This document shows, one piece after another, positions 17,927 through 28,600 of a DNA stretch of 64,000 nt. Below the pieces are notes generated by a model. The model had not been told where the DNA came from. It was given only the letters and a program-made list of their open reading frames with translations, and ran no database searches. Position 1 is the first letter of the stretch. Every line of letters begins with the position of its first letter. The DNA is from a virus. The stretch is taken from the IMG/VR virus record IMGVR_UViG_3300037010_003037, positions 83,698 through 147,697 of that record; one strand, written 5' to 3'. The position numbers and the translations under genes are program-made.

Positions 17927-18292
17927 TTATTCTGCCTTTGTAGGTTTTAATTCATTTAGAACGGTTTCTGCGTTTGAATTTTTTTCAGCTGCATCCTTAT
18001 CGAGCTTTATTTGTTCATCTCGTAGAAATCTTCCAATGAGAATTAATTGTTCACGTAGCTTTAACATATATCTTTCATTGTCGATTATCCATTGTGCAAC
18101 AGTAGCTTGAGTTGCATTTTCAACATCTATTTTAGGTGGCATCGGTGGAAGTTCAGTTAACTCTGCAGGAGGAACACGTACAACATATTCTATTTTTTCA
18201 ACAGTGTGTGTTTCAACCGATGGTAGTTTAGATGTTGTTCCGCATGCCGTTAAAGCAACAGCCACCAATGGTATTGTAAGTAGCTTTATCAT
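17927..18292 (-). CDS. o-spanin (outer-membrane lipoprotein, Rz1-like)
   Basis: Lipobox ALTA-CG; Pro-rich PPAELTELPPMPP; directly downstream of the i-spanin. Confidence 0.85.
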   Translation of the reverse strand: MIKLLTIPLVAVALTACGTTSKLPSVETHTVEKIEYVVRVPPAELTELPPMPPKIDVENATQATVAQWIIDNERYMLKLREQLILIGRFLRDEQIKLDKDAAEKNSNAETVLNELKPTKAE

Positions 18293-18762
18293 AGCTTGTC
18301 CCTTTCTTTTTGAATTTCTCTTATGACTTCTCGCAGAACAGGTGCTACTGGCCCATCAGATTTTGGATCTTTTAATAATTCTTCTATTTTAGCGTTCAGA
18401 CGATCAAGAGTTTGCTTGTTATTTAAGTTGGTATTAGCGAGCGCTTTAACAGCATCAATCGCCTTTTGTCTTTCCTCATTAAGCTTACGAATAGTTGCTA
18501 CATTAGTAGAATTCGCTGTTTCTAGATCCTTGTTATTCTTTTGCAAAACAGCATTATTGCTCTCAAGAATTTTATTTGCTGCTACAAGAGAATTGTTAGT
18601 TTCAGTTAAGTCATGAATAGTAGATTTAAGCTCACGAACATAAAGCCAAAATCCAATAGCAGCTGTTATGATGATAGTACCAACAATAACAACACTAATA
18701 AACTTTATTTTGTTTTCAATAAAAGATGAAACGGCACTAGTGCCAAGTGAGAAAAAATTCAT
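18289..18762 (-). CDS. i-spanin (Rz-like)
   Basis: N-terminal TM, long coiled coil, C-terminal DGPVAPVLR; AGGAG SD. Confidence 0.85.
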   Translation of the reverse strand: MNFFSLGTSAVSSFIENKIKFISVVIVGTIIITAAIGFWLYVRELKSTIHDLTETNNSLVAANKILESNNAVLQKNNKDLETANSTNVATIRKLNEERQKAIDAVKALANTNLNNKQTLDRLNAKIEELLKDPKSDGPVAPVLREVIREIQKERDKL

Positions 18763-18902
18763 GTATGTCTCCTATTGTGTCAACTAATAGTTTTAAAATA
18801 TGTGTCAAATATTATCACATACCTTTTTAAATGCTAATTAATGATAGTAGCTTCAAAGATATTAATTGTATTAAGCAAGCATTCTTTCAAATGTAATTAA
18901 AA

Positions 18903-19154
18903 TTACAACATACTTGTTGCAAAACTAACAAGGCCAGCGCGTGGTGATGTCCAATTAATTTCAACATTGTTATCATCAATGTGTATCACAGACAATGGAA
19001 ATGCTTTTGTCAAAATACCATTATCATGCACAAAAATATCAATCAATGGTTTTTTGCCAAATGCATGATAAATTGACCACGTAGATGCCGGAGTATCCTG
19101 CTTATATTGCCAAAGCTTTATTCCACCGCCCTGTGATAGTGTTAGAAACGACAT
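18903..19154 (-). CDS. Small structural protein, single 'HNLG'-type domain
   Basis: YKQDTPASTWSIYHAFG...DDNNVEINW; paralogous to its neighbours. Confidence 0.75.
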   Translation of the reverse strand: MSFLTLSQGGGIKLWQYKQDTPASTWSIYHAFGKKPLIDIFVHDNGILTKAFPLSVIHIDDNNVEINWTSPRAGLVSFATSML

Positions 19155-19165
19155 ATTTAATCTCC

Positions 19166-19408
19166 CTAAACTATGATATGCGCAACACCAGTAAACGCGC
19201 CAACGTCAAATTCAATAACAACAGTGTTGTTATCTTGTATAAGAATTTTACTTGGCATAATCTTTGCAAGATTTCCATCTTTGTTTACAAAGACATCTAC
19301 AATAGGAACCCCCTGGCTCCCATTATTTCCTAAGTTATGAACAATCGTCCATACTGAAGATGGAGTGATCTGTTCATAACGAAAAGTAGAAGGTATAAAC
19401 AGTGACAT
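19166..19408 (-). CDS. Small structural protein, single 'HNLG'-type domain
   Basis: YEQITPSSVWTIVHNLG...DNNTVVIEF. Confidence 0.75.
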   Translation of the reverse strand: MSLFIPSTFRYEQITPSSVWTIVHNLGNNGSQGVPIVDVFVNKDGNLAKIMPSKILIQDNNTVVIEFDVGAFTGVAHIIV

Positions 19409-19418
19409 GTTATTTTCC

Positions 19419-20021
19419 TTATATCAGCTTAGCTTGACCAACTTGTGGAGATGTAAACGTGATAGTAACTTGATCAAGAGTATCAAATGTAATAGAAGCT
19501 GGTTGAACTTCTTGGTTACCAATAAACACACGAATTATTGGATAACGGCCTAAGGAATGAGAAATAACCCAGGTATCAGATGGTGTGGTCTGATAGTACT
19601 CATAAGCGTATGTAGGTTTAGTTTGCCCATCAAAGTGACCAGATAGCACTACCGCTTTACCCTGTGCTGGTGTTCCAAAATCAATAGTTATGGAGCTAGG
19701 ACCATTAACAGTAATTTCATTTGGTATAACAACCTGATTAGAAGTGTTATACACTGTAACGCTTACATGTGATGTATTCAAGGGATGGGTTATATTCCAT
19801 ACTGGAGCGGCTGTTCCTTGAACATGTGTGTAAGCTGTAATTTCATTTGTAAGTGGAACCCATACAGGAAGTCCTCCTGTAATTTCTACGCAAATGTAGA
19901 GAATACGATCCTTAAAGACTATCTGTCCAACTTTTGGTGATTGGGGGAAGGCTGTATCAAGAAGAATAACTGCATCTTTAATATAATTTTGTTGTAAGTG
20001 CGCTTCACCATAGAATTTCAT
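19419..20021 (-). CDS. Structural protein with two 'HNLG'-type domains
   Basis: WNITHPLN and WVISHSLG repeats; late box CATAAATA at 20074-20081 (-). Confidence 0.8.
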   Translation of the reverse strand: MKFYGEAHLQQNYIKDAVILLDTAFPQSPKVGQIVFKDRILYICVEITGGLPVWVPLTNEITAYTHVQGTAAPVWNITHPLNTSHVSVTVYNTSNQVVIPNEITVNGPSSITIDFGTPAQGKAVVLSGHFDGQTKPTYAYEYYQTTPSDTWVISHSLGRYPIIRVFIGNQEVQPASITFDTLDQVTITFTSPQVGQAKLI

Positions 20022-20113
20022 TTGAAATTTCCTTTGTAAGATATACTAATAACACTATGCCAGTAATATTAGTTATTTATGTTGTCTATTGACATTTTTA
20101 AACTTCTGCATAT

Positions 20114-20143
20114 AAAAATAGGCGACCAAATGGTCGCCTATTT
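20114..20143 (-). terminator. Rho-independent terminator
   Basis: AAATAGGCGACCA-AA-TGGTCGCCTATTT; T run on the minus strand, downstream of the 804-aa gene. Confidence 0.85.
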
Positions 20144-20165
20144 AGTGAACATCAGACAACAGGTG

Positions 20166-22580
20166 TCATGATGGTTGTGAACTAATGTTCAATGGTGTTG
20201 CTGGATTAATGCTCATGCCCATGACAACAACCTTACATGACAATGGCGTTGTAAAGGTTACTGTTAATTGGTTAGCATTATCAAATGTAATTGATTGTGG
20301 AATAACCACTTCATTTGAAGCATCAACTACAGTAACGTTACAGAACTGTTGACCAAGGTTGTGATTAACAGCGTGCGAAGTAGCTGCAGAAGATGCAGTA
20401 TACAGATAGTACAACGGCTGTGGTAAAAATCCGCTAACTGCGCCTTGATATGTTAGAACTTGACCACTGTTACCACCTGGTCCAGCACTCAATGTTCCAA
20501 TTTGAACATCGCTAAGGTTGCTTAGGCCTGCAGCTAGAGCAATGTCAATGTTATTATTTGTTACAGCAACAGCAATACCATTAGAACCACCAATGGTGAT
20601 ATTTTCACCAAGGTTAACATTGTCAGTACCACTGTCACCAGTTAAACCGATGTAACTGTATTGTAATTTGCTGTTAGTTACGTTACCATCAGCGATCTTT
20701 GCAGTTGTTACCCCAGAATCGCGAATAGTTAAAACATTGCTTGTAACTTCGAGATGCACCGGGTCAACATTTAGTGCAAGCTTTGAACCAGAACCACCAG
20801 TAATACCAGCATTTGTTGCGATAGCAGAGCTGTTAATTTCAATTTCAGTAATACCACCAGCCGCAACTTTGAGACCATTACCTGATTGTGAAAGGGTATT
20901 ACCATCTAAGAACAGAGCTATCTTATCACCAGAAGCTGCACCACCTTCAGTTAATACACGACCATTAATTCCAGCATTGTAGAAACCGATGGCAGAACCG
21001 GTGTAATTGTGAATATCAATGCCAATTTCAGTTCCTGGCAGGAAGGTAAGACCTGCACCAGCCAAAACACTGAACACAGTACCATTTAAATCAAGACCTG
21101 CGCCGGCGCTATATGTACCTGCACCGGAGAACTGTGTGAATGTAATATCATCTGTTCCAACAGTAAATGAAGCTGGATTATTAACTAATGCTGCCCAACC
21201 AGTTGCCTTGTTTAAGGTACCATCTTGAACGAAAACGAACATTGAAGGAATTTCAGATGCTTCATCGCAATAAGCGCAGCGTGTAAGAATCCAATCTGTA
21301 CTGCCGTTACCAACTTGTGAAACATAGTAACGTCCATTTTCAAATTTGTTAGTTTGATCCTTAACAAGGACACCCTCATTCAGCGTAGTAATAGCAACTC
21401 CATCAATAACCAGCGAAGCAGATGGGCCAAGGTTTAAAGTTGCTCCAACACCAGAAGCTCCATTATTGTAAGTCGCAGTCAATGGAGCAGTAGTTGCTGC
21501 AATAACAGCTGGCTTGATGGAAAGACCTTGTGCAGTAGCATCAACATATGCCTTTGTAGCAGCATCAGCTGCATCCGTTGGCGTACCAAGAGCAGTGATC
21601 TTGTTTCCATTCATGTTCAAGGTACCAGTCATGGTATCACCAGAAACGTTTACATAAACGTTATCAACTAGACCCGTGATGTCTGCTTGGACGACGTTAT
21701 TTACACCGGTTACTCGACCATATGTATCATATGTGAATTTCAGGAAGTTACCAACGTTTGTTGGAATAGTTAGTGTTTGAAGGTCAAGCGTTGGATCACC
21801 GGCGACACCGTTACCATGATCAACAACGATAGTACCAGTAGTACCACCAGTAATTGAACGAACAGCCCATGTATCTGCTGCAGTACGAGCTGCTAAACCA
21901 GTTCCTGTTAAGCCTTCAACTGCTGCAAGGTCATTTGCAAGAGATATAACTGAATTACCACCACCAGAAGTGTTGGTCATTGTAATACCTTCTGAAGGCA
22001 TTTGGAAAGAGCTAGCAACAAATGTATTTCCATCTGCACTTACAGAAACATAACCTGGACCAGTAATATTAGCCAGGTTAGCAAGACCAACATCATATGG
22101 TTGAACACCAGTTGATTTTCCTGGTGAAGCATTTACCCAATTTGTTCCATTATAGTATAAAATCTGACCAGCAGTTGCTGCATTAATTGAAACATCACCA
22201 AGTTCTGCAAGAGTATCAGTACCTTGTGCTTTTCGAGCCAAAGCATTAATTATATCTGTCCAGTTCGTTGGAGTTGAACCAACGATAGCTGTAACATCTG
22301 AACTAAATGTTCCTATCGTGCCATTGCCCTGAATACCAGCACCAAGTGTAGCTTCAATATTATCAACTTCTGCTTGAATAGCTGAAGCATTACCACCTGT
22401 AGCAAATGGAACCCATGAAGTTCCGTCATTGAAGTAATAAAGCGCGTTAGTTGTATTGTAGTAAATGCGTCCAGCTTCTGCACTGTTGAAAACTGGTGCA
22501 GTTGCTAGGCGCTCGATGTACGCGTTCTGGATTTCACCAGTTGCGTCTGAATTAAATACTAAATTACCGTTAATTTTCAT
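20166..22580 (-). CDS. Fibre/decoration structural protein (G/T/A/N-rich)
   Basis: 804 aa; fibre-type motifs YDTYGRVT, GDTMTGTL, DAATKAYVD, VLVKDQ..ENG.Y; C-terminal HNLG domain; AAGGAG SD. Confidence 0.8.
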   Translation of the reverse strand: MKINGNLVFNSDATGEIQNAYIERLATAPVFNSAEAGRIYYNTTNALYYFNDGTSWVPFATGGNASAIQAEVDNIEATLGAGIQGNGTIGTFSSDVTAIVGSTPTNWTDIINALARKAQGTDTLAELGDVSINAATAGQILYYNGTNWVNASPGKSTGVQPYDVGLANLANITGPGYVSVSADGNTFVASSFQMPSEGITMTNTSGGGNSVISLANDLAAVEGLTGTGLAARTAADTWAVRSITGGTTGTIVVDHGNGVAGDPTLDLQTLTIPTNVGNFLKFTYDTYGRVTGVNNVVQADITGLVDNVYVNVSGDTMTGTLNMNGNKITALGTPTDAADAATKAYVDATAQGLSIKPAVIAATTAPLTATYNNGASGVGATLNLGPSASLVIDGVAITTLNEGVLVKDQTNKFENGRYYVSQVGNGSTDWILTRCAYCDEASEIPSMFVFVQDGTLNKATGWAALVNNPASFTVGTDDITFTQFSGAGTYSAGAGLDLNGTVFSVLAGAGLTFLPGTEIGIDIHNYTGSAIGFYNAGINGRVLTEGGAASGDKIALFLDGNTLSQSGNGLKVAAGGITEIEINSSAIATNAGITGGSGSKLALNVDPVHLEVTSNVLTIRDSGVTTAKIADGNVTNSKLQYSYIGLTGDSGTDNVNLGENITIGGSNGIAVAVTNNNIDIALAAGLSNLSDVQIGTLSAGPGGNSGQVLTYQGAVSGFLPQPLYYLYTASSAATSHAVNHNLGQQFCNVTVVDASNEVVIPQSITFDNANQLTVTFTTPLSCKVVVMGMSINPATPLNISSQPS

Positions 22581-22635
22581 AAAAATCTCCTTGCAAGTTT
22601 GATTTCAATCATCCTGTTAAGTCATTTTATCATCT

Positions 22636-22866
22636 TTACATTGTTCTGCGGCTAGCAGTAGTTAGTGCCTTTATAGCAGAATTAAAAGCTACAGGTTCTA
22701 CTCTAATATTTCCTAGATCATAATCATTGATAACATCATCATCAACATTTGAAAAGAAAAATATTCCTTTGTTGCCAACTTTTTCGATGGTTTCAAGACG
22801 ATAACCTAAAACTTTCAAAGCTGCAGCAAGCACGATGTCTTGCGTTTCTATTGTCCGTTTTGCCAT
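22636..22866 (-). CDS. Small protein, DUF5659-like
   Basis: TQDIVLAAALKVLGY pattern (family recalled from memory); GAGGA SD; late box CATAAATA at 22911-22918 (-). Confidence 0.6.
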   Translation of the reverse strand: MAKRTIETQDIVLAAALKVLGYRLETIEKVGNKGIFFFSNVDDDVINDYDLGNIRVEPVAFNSAIKALTTASRRTM

Positions 22867-22930
22867 GTTGTTTCTATCCTCTTATTAAAAATACGGGTTG
22901 AGATCGAAACTATTTATGATAAAACAAACT

Positions 22931-23893
22931 TTAAAACGCTAAAATCATTGCTCTTCCTACTGTTGCTGCTACAAATGTTATAAGTATAGTTGATGAATCT
23001 ATGATTTTAACGCTTTCTGGGATTATCTGCTCCCATGATGCATCATACACCGTGACTTGTGCTCGTGTAGATGATAGCGGGTGATTAATCATCCACGACA
23101 TTTGTGGAGTAAGTTGAACATGTTCATAACCTTTAGCTAAACCAGATGATTCTGCATCAACTTTAGTATTTAGCGCTTCCAGCGCTTCTTGAACATTGGA
23201 AGCACCTGGAAGTGAAGTTATTGAAAGAATATCTATATCAGTAGCTTTGTGCCGAAGTGGTGCTGATCCTGCGATATGAGCATCAAAATCATTTTTAAGT
23301 GCAGCAACATCTACACCATTTAGCAATCCACCAAGTGTAAAGTTTTGTGTGGCAATTAAATTGCCATTTTTATCGACACGAAAAACTGGAGTAGTACCAA
23401 ATGTTCTTCTGACTGTAATTAAATCAACTATAGGAGTGACGCCTAAATCTGGCTCTATCTTCAATGCTGTTTGTGCACCATTTTTAGGGGAGATAACCCA
23501 GTGATCACTGTCTTGAACAACTGACTCAATAATTGTTGAACTTCCAAGAACCTCTAGATCACCAGTAATTGTAACCTTACCTGTCTCAGCATCTACCTTA
23601 AAGAATAGATTATCATCAGTATCATCCTTTAGAACAAAATCTTTACCAAGAGTCAACTTAATGACGGCTTCACCGTTGACAGCATTAGTTAAGTCATAAA
23701 TTCTTTGTAGTGATAGCCTACTGCTACCACTTGGTGCTGTTGATGCACCATCATCAAATAATAGCCCACGACCATTTACTGTCCATGTATCATGAGAAGT
23801 ACCGCCAGCATTAATAATGGACCCATCTAACATGTGCCCAAATATACCATCATTTTCTAAAATAATTAGTTTAACGGGCTGAATTGTCATCAT
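22931..23893 (-). CDS. Structural protein with C-terminal 'HNLG'-type domain
   Basis: H.A..I....NVQEALEAL fibre motif; WMINHPL domain. Start position uncertain. Confidence 0.75.
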   Translation of the reverse strand: MMTIQPVKLIILENDGIFGHMLDGSIINAGGTSHDTWTVNGRGLLFDDGASTAPSGSSRLSLQRIYDLTNAVNGEAVIKLTLGKDFVLKDDTDDNLFFKVDAETGKVTITGDLEVLGSSTIIESVVQDSDHWVISPKNGAQTALKIEPDLGVTPIVDLITVRRTFGTTPVFRVDKNGNLIATQNFTLGGLLNGVDVAALKNDFDAHIAGSAPLRHKATDIDILSITSLPGASNVQEALEALNTKVDAESSGLAKGYEHVQLTPQMSWMINHPLSSTRAQVTVYDASWEQIIPESVKIIDSSTILITFVAATVGRAMILAF

Positions 23894-23913
23894 AATCGTA
23901 AGAAAAAATTATT

Positions 23914-24978
23914 TTAAGAATGAAGTCTGACAGGCGGAAAAAGATGCATGTAAATGGACTGACGATCGTATACGAATCCTATTTGCTGAGATACCCCTGT
24001 AATTGGTGGGTTAAGCGTTACTTCTCCAGATGGCCCACAGAAAAGTGGTTTGTTAATTTGCGAATCATCCCAGTTCCATTGTTCATTTCGAACTACACCG
24101 CTTGTAATTACGTGTCCAACATCATCAGCATAGAGATTATCAACAACAATACCACTTACAAAATTAAACTCATTGTTACACGATGCGAGTACAATCTTTC
24201 TGTTACCAGTCATTGAGACTAAGTAAAATGCTGGAATAGATTCTTCAGCCTGTGCTATAGAGATCGCCGAGTCAAATTTTACGTTTAACCCAGAATAGTT
24301 AGATACAACCAGAACAGTTTCAGTCGTTACGAATTTAGAATTTCTTCCTTGCCGTAGCGGTTGACCATTTGCCGCCGAGAACATAATTGGCCCTGAGACG
24401 CAATCATCAATTGTTAGGCCAGGATATGTGCCAACATCTAATCCTACTTGAGAGCCATTAACCCACTTAGAATTGCTATAAACATTTAGTGGGTATGGGG
24501 GATAGAAATTACCACCCTCATATTTTGCAGCAAACACCCGAATTACATCGCGCCAATGTGGGACTGGAGATGTTGCATCATAAACCTTCATAGTTTTGAC
24601 ACTCATATCGAACCAGTGCGCACCATTAGTGATAGATCCAGTAGGAGCGTCTCCTATGATTGGAGAAATATTTGTCCAACCAAATGTTCTAGCTCCTGTA
24701 TTTAGGTTAATGTCCCAGTACAACCACTTTGCTTCAGTAGTCGTCATTAGAGGACCATTATTTGGCCCACCACCACCCCAAGCAGAAACAACTGTTGTGT
24801 TTTCTTCAAAAAGATAATTTGCATCATAATGCGCAAATGTAACTTTCACAGGGCGGGTAAACGAGTTACTTATGACAAGATCAACAGTATCTCCTGCTGA
24901 TGTAGTTTTCTGCAGGAACGGAGGCCCTGCTAAAAATGTAGGAGCTAAAATACCCTGTCGAAAGCTAATGTTCTTCAT
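23914..24978 (-). CDS. Putative virion structural protein
   Basis: 354 aa within the tail operon; P....G.HWFD...MKVYD motif. Confidence 0.65.
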   Translation of the reverse strand: MKNISFRQGILAPTFLAGPPFLQKTTSAGDTVDLVISNSFTRPVKVTFAHYDANYLFEENTTVVSAWGGGGPNNGPLMTTTEAKWLYWDINLNTGARTFGWTNISPIIGDAPTGSITNGAHWFDMSVKTMKVYDATSPVPHWRDVIRVFAAKYEGGNFYPPYPLNVYSNSKWVNGSQVGLDVGTYPGLTIDDCVSGPIMFSAANGQPLRQGRNSKFVTTETVLVVSNYSGLNVKFDSAISIAQAEESIPAFYLVSMTGNRKIVLASCNNEFNFVSGIVVDNLYADDVGHVITSGVVRNEQWNWDDSQINKPLFCGPSGEVTLNPPITGVSQQIGFVYDRQSIYMHLFPPVRLHS

Positions 24979-24986
24979 ACTTTACA

Positions 24987-25586
24987 TTATGATACTGAAA
25001 TTGTTAGTGTGTAAGTAATAACTAACTCGCGGTTTGCTGTCTTTAAGATCGGTGAAAAGATAATATGTGTCAACAACAAATTATCAAACGTGAAAAGCCC
25101 AAGTTCATCAAATGCATATTGAGCATTTGGATCAGGGTCACCAGGAGAGTCAGTGAGGTCTTGACCTGATGGTTCGCCAGCAGCAATAGTTGCAGTAACA
25201 ATTACTACTGTTGTTTCACTTGGTGCTGGACTTTCTTGATATGTGACCGAGTTCTCGCTTGGTGTTGATGCAATTGATTCATCAACCTGCTCTTCATATG
25301 TTGGAGACCAAAGATCAGCTGTAGCTCCAGTTACGTTAGGTGCAAGATAAGTAATCTCATTTGATGAGTTAATAGTTGAACCACCATTACCAAGCTTAAT
25401 CTTAAAAATCTGATGTTTTCCAATGTTATATGTAGTATCTGGTGGCTCATTAGAAAGCCCACGGGCAATTGCAATTGCCATGTTTTTATTATGGACAGCA
25501 TTGTTCTTATCTAACAACACCTCACCAGTGTGCTTGTCAACAATACGAACGTGACCTTTTACTTTGATAGCTGCTTCAGTAGTCAT
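24987..25586 (-). CDS. Putative baseplate/fibre-attachment protein
   Basis: FDELGLF...LLTHIIFSPILKTANR pattern; late box AATAAATA at 25627-25634 (-). Confidence 0.65.
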   Translation of the reverse strand: MTTEAAIKVKGHVRIVDKHTGEVLLDKNNAVHNKNMAIAIARGLSNEPPDTTYNIGKHQIFKIKLGNGGSTINSSNEITYLAPNVTGATADLWSPTYEEQVDESIASTPSENSVTYQESPAPSETTVVIVTATIAAGEPSGQDLTDSPGDPDPNAQYAFDELGLFTFDNLLLTHIIFSPILKTANRELVITYTLTISVS

Positions 25587-25637
25587 TGGATCTCCAATTT
25601 TTAGCTCATTGCACTTAATTGTTAGGTATTTATTATA

Positions 25638-28600
25638 TCAAGTAATTCTAAGCCTAAAAGGCGCGGTGAATCCTGATGGAAGTGTAAATGAAAATGATTG
25701 TAAGCTTATAGCAGATGGAAACTGTTGAAATGGCATCATGTTTGGAATAGGTGAAGCATAAACACCTGGGTTATTAACTGACTCAACAATCAGAGTAGGT
25801 GTTACAGGTGGGCCATTATGAGTGATAAGATATTCATCAGCATTCTGTGTAATCAATAAGCCTTCCAAAGGAACTTTTGTAAAATCATACATCTTACTAA
25901 CACGATTAACTTGATTTTCTGTGACAGTAATTGTTCCTGTAAGGCTTGAAAATGGTGTAATAAGAACATGATTTGGATCCAAGTAGTTGACTGTATATGC
26001 ACTTGGGTTAACTATGTTGTTAGTTCCGTCTCTAACAGTAACAGAGACATTCAAGGTATTTAGATTGTGCGTTACTAAAATAGGGTTATCACCTGGAACC
26101 CATGAAAATGTGAACACCGGTGCAGCTAGCTTTTCTACAAGTGTAAAATCTTCTAAAAATTGCGTACCTGTTGTTTCAGTAGATTCTTCAGAAACAAATG
26201 TTCCTAATGATCCATTAATTGGGTGTGGCAGGATTATTTGCGCATTTTCATCATACTCGTATACCCCAGGCGCTATTTCGATGGCATGCTGAATGATTGC
26301 TGAATATCGTTGATCGTAATCGAATATATCATATGGCATTTCATCATAGCCAAAAACGATAGGAAGCGCGCCACCTTCGATTAGTGTGATATTCAACGTG
26401 TCATCAAGAGCAAGATTACCAACAACATTAATTCCTGAGATATTCTCAAATGAGAACAACACAGGTATGTTGTCAAATAAATTCAACCGTACGCGAGCGT
26501 ATGCGCGCAGATTCTCTGTTACCTTTACTCTAATATTTTGCCCATAAGAAGCATCAGGTTGAAATCTGAACGCAAATTTAGTATTAAACGGAACGTAGTT
26601 CTTAAAAAAGTTTTTATCAAATATAATGGTTGCAGAACCATTCCTGTTAGTGCACTGATATCGAGGTTGCTCGATTGTAAATACCTTGACTGTTGGATCA
26701 GAACAAAGATATGCTTCAATTTGAGTAGTAAGGTCAGGAAAATGAGCAGTCTTCCCATCATATAGAGATGCTGGGGAAGTTGGCCTATCGAAATAACGAA
26801 ACTCAAGTGGAATCCAGTCATTTACTGAAGCAAGTTCTGGGTAAATCTTACCAGCATCATTAATTCTAAAGCGCATCACATCTAACAACGCTTTGTCAAT
26901 TATGATGCGATCTCCATCATTTACACCATTTTTAAAAATGACAGAACCATAGCTGTGATACAGTGGGAAATATTCCTCATTGTACAACCACGGAACAGTA
27001 ATGTCTTCTATACCAGTATCATATCGAGGAATTTCATAGTTAAGCTCATCATACCATCCTTCGGCAGCATAGGTATACTCTGGTGCAAGATATACTCTAA
27101 TTGTGTCACCAGCTTGATACTCGAACTCTCCAGGAATATAGTCAATTTTGAATGAACAGAACTCATCTTCCCATACTTCATTCAATGTTAGAACTTTTCT
27201 ATATCCATAAATGTTGTTTACAACTGTTGCATACTTAACAACAGTATTTGGTTTAACTGGAGGTTGGAACGTAATCGTATACACTGATGGTTCAGCAATA
27301 GAATGTACATCTTTTATCTTTGTGAACAACAATGATGTTGTTTCAGAACCACCAACAGCTACAAATAAACCATTTCCATACGCGATAGAGTTATATGAAT
27401 TCCCTTTATAACGCGTCCAGGAAATGCCACCATCTTCTGATGAAGCAATAAAACCATCTGGTCCAACGGCAACGAATTTTCCATTACCATATGAAACTGA
27501 AGTCAAAATTCCAGTATCTCGCTCAACTGGATTATCCCAAGTATTAGCTACACGTGTCCATGTTAATCCACCATCGGTTGAGCGAATAATAACTCCATTG
27601 CTGCCAACTATAATAAAGGTGTTAAGATCTTTGACATAAATGATGTCATTAAAATCTACGCTTTGTTGCTGGAGTGTTCCTAGCACAGATAAACCAAATG
27701 AAACCGGTGTCCAATTAATTCTATCATTAGAACGAAGAATCGTACCTTTATTACCAACAGCAATTATCGCATCATTAGACCATGCAATACCATTTAAGCT
27801 ATCATGTGTACCACTTAATCTCTTTACCCACCCAAACCCAGTTGTAGATGTAAGGATTGTTCCATCATCTCCAACAGCTATAATACAGTTTTTTAAACTT
27901 AAACTATATGACACTATTACAGTCTCACCAACAGTAAATGGAATAGTAGCTGTTGGCGGAAAATTTGGGTCATAGAGATAAATTACATCAGTGTTGGTAT
28001 CATACCAGAAAGGAACAGTTTCTTCCTGTGGAACTCCACCAACAACTTTCCAGATTGATATACCTGACGGGTCTAGTTCATTACCACTGTTCAACACAAT
28101 AGAAGCATTATCAAGTTTGTCATTCGCTGTTTGCGTAATAACAATTGGTCCGCTGTTAGTTTTTGACACTAGAAAATTAGGAATAACTGTAGACGCGTGC
28201 AGAGTAGAATTAACCCCAGTTGCTTGACGAACCCAGTGTTCACCGTCGGATGATGTAGCAATTAGCCCATTTTCGCCAACGATAACAATTAGTTCACCTG
28301 GAGGTGGTGGAACAACTTCTTGATACCACGTGTTCCCATCAGGTGATGAACCAACTATAGAATCTTTACCAGCTACGTAAAATGCACCATTAAATGAAAT
28401 AGATGTTAAGATTTGCGCGTTAGAAACTACTTGGCGCCATGTCCTATCATTTCCATCTGGTGACACCGAAACAGTAGCACGATAGATGCTCGCGAAGTAT
28501 TTCAGTTTGGGGATCTTAAAACCAATCTTTCCGTTCCAATACCATTCCCCAATCTTTGCATTAGGTTGCCAGCCTGAAACGCTTCCATATACTAGAAAGT

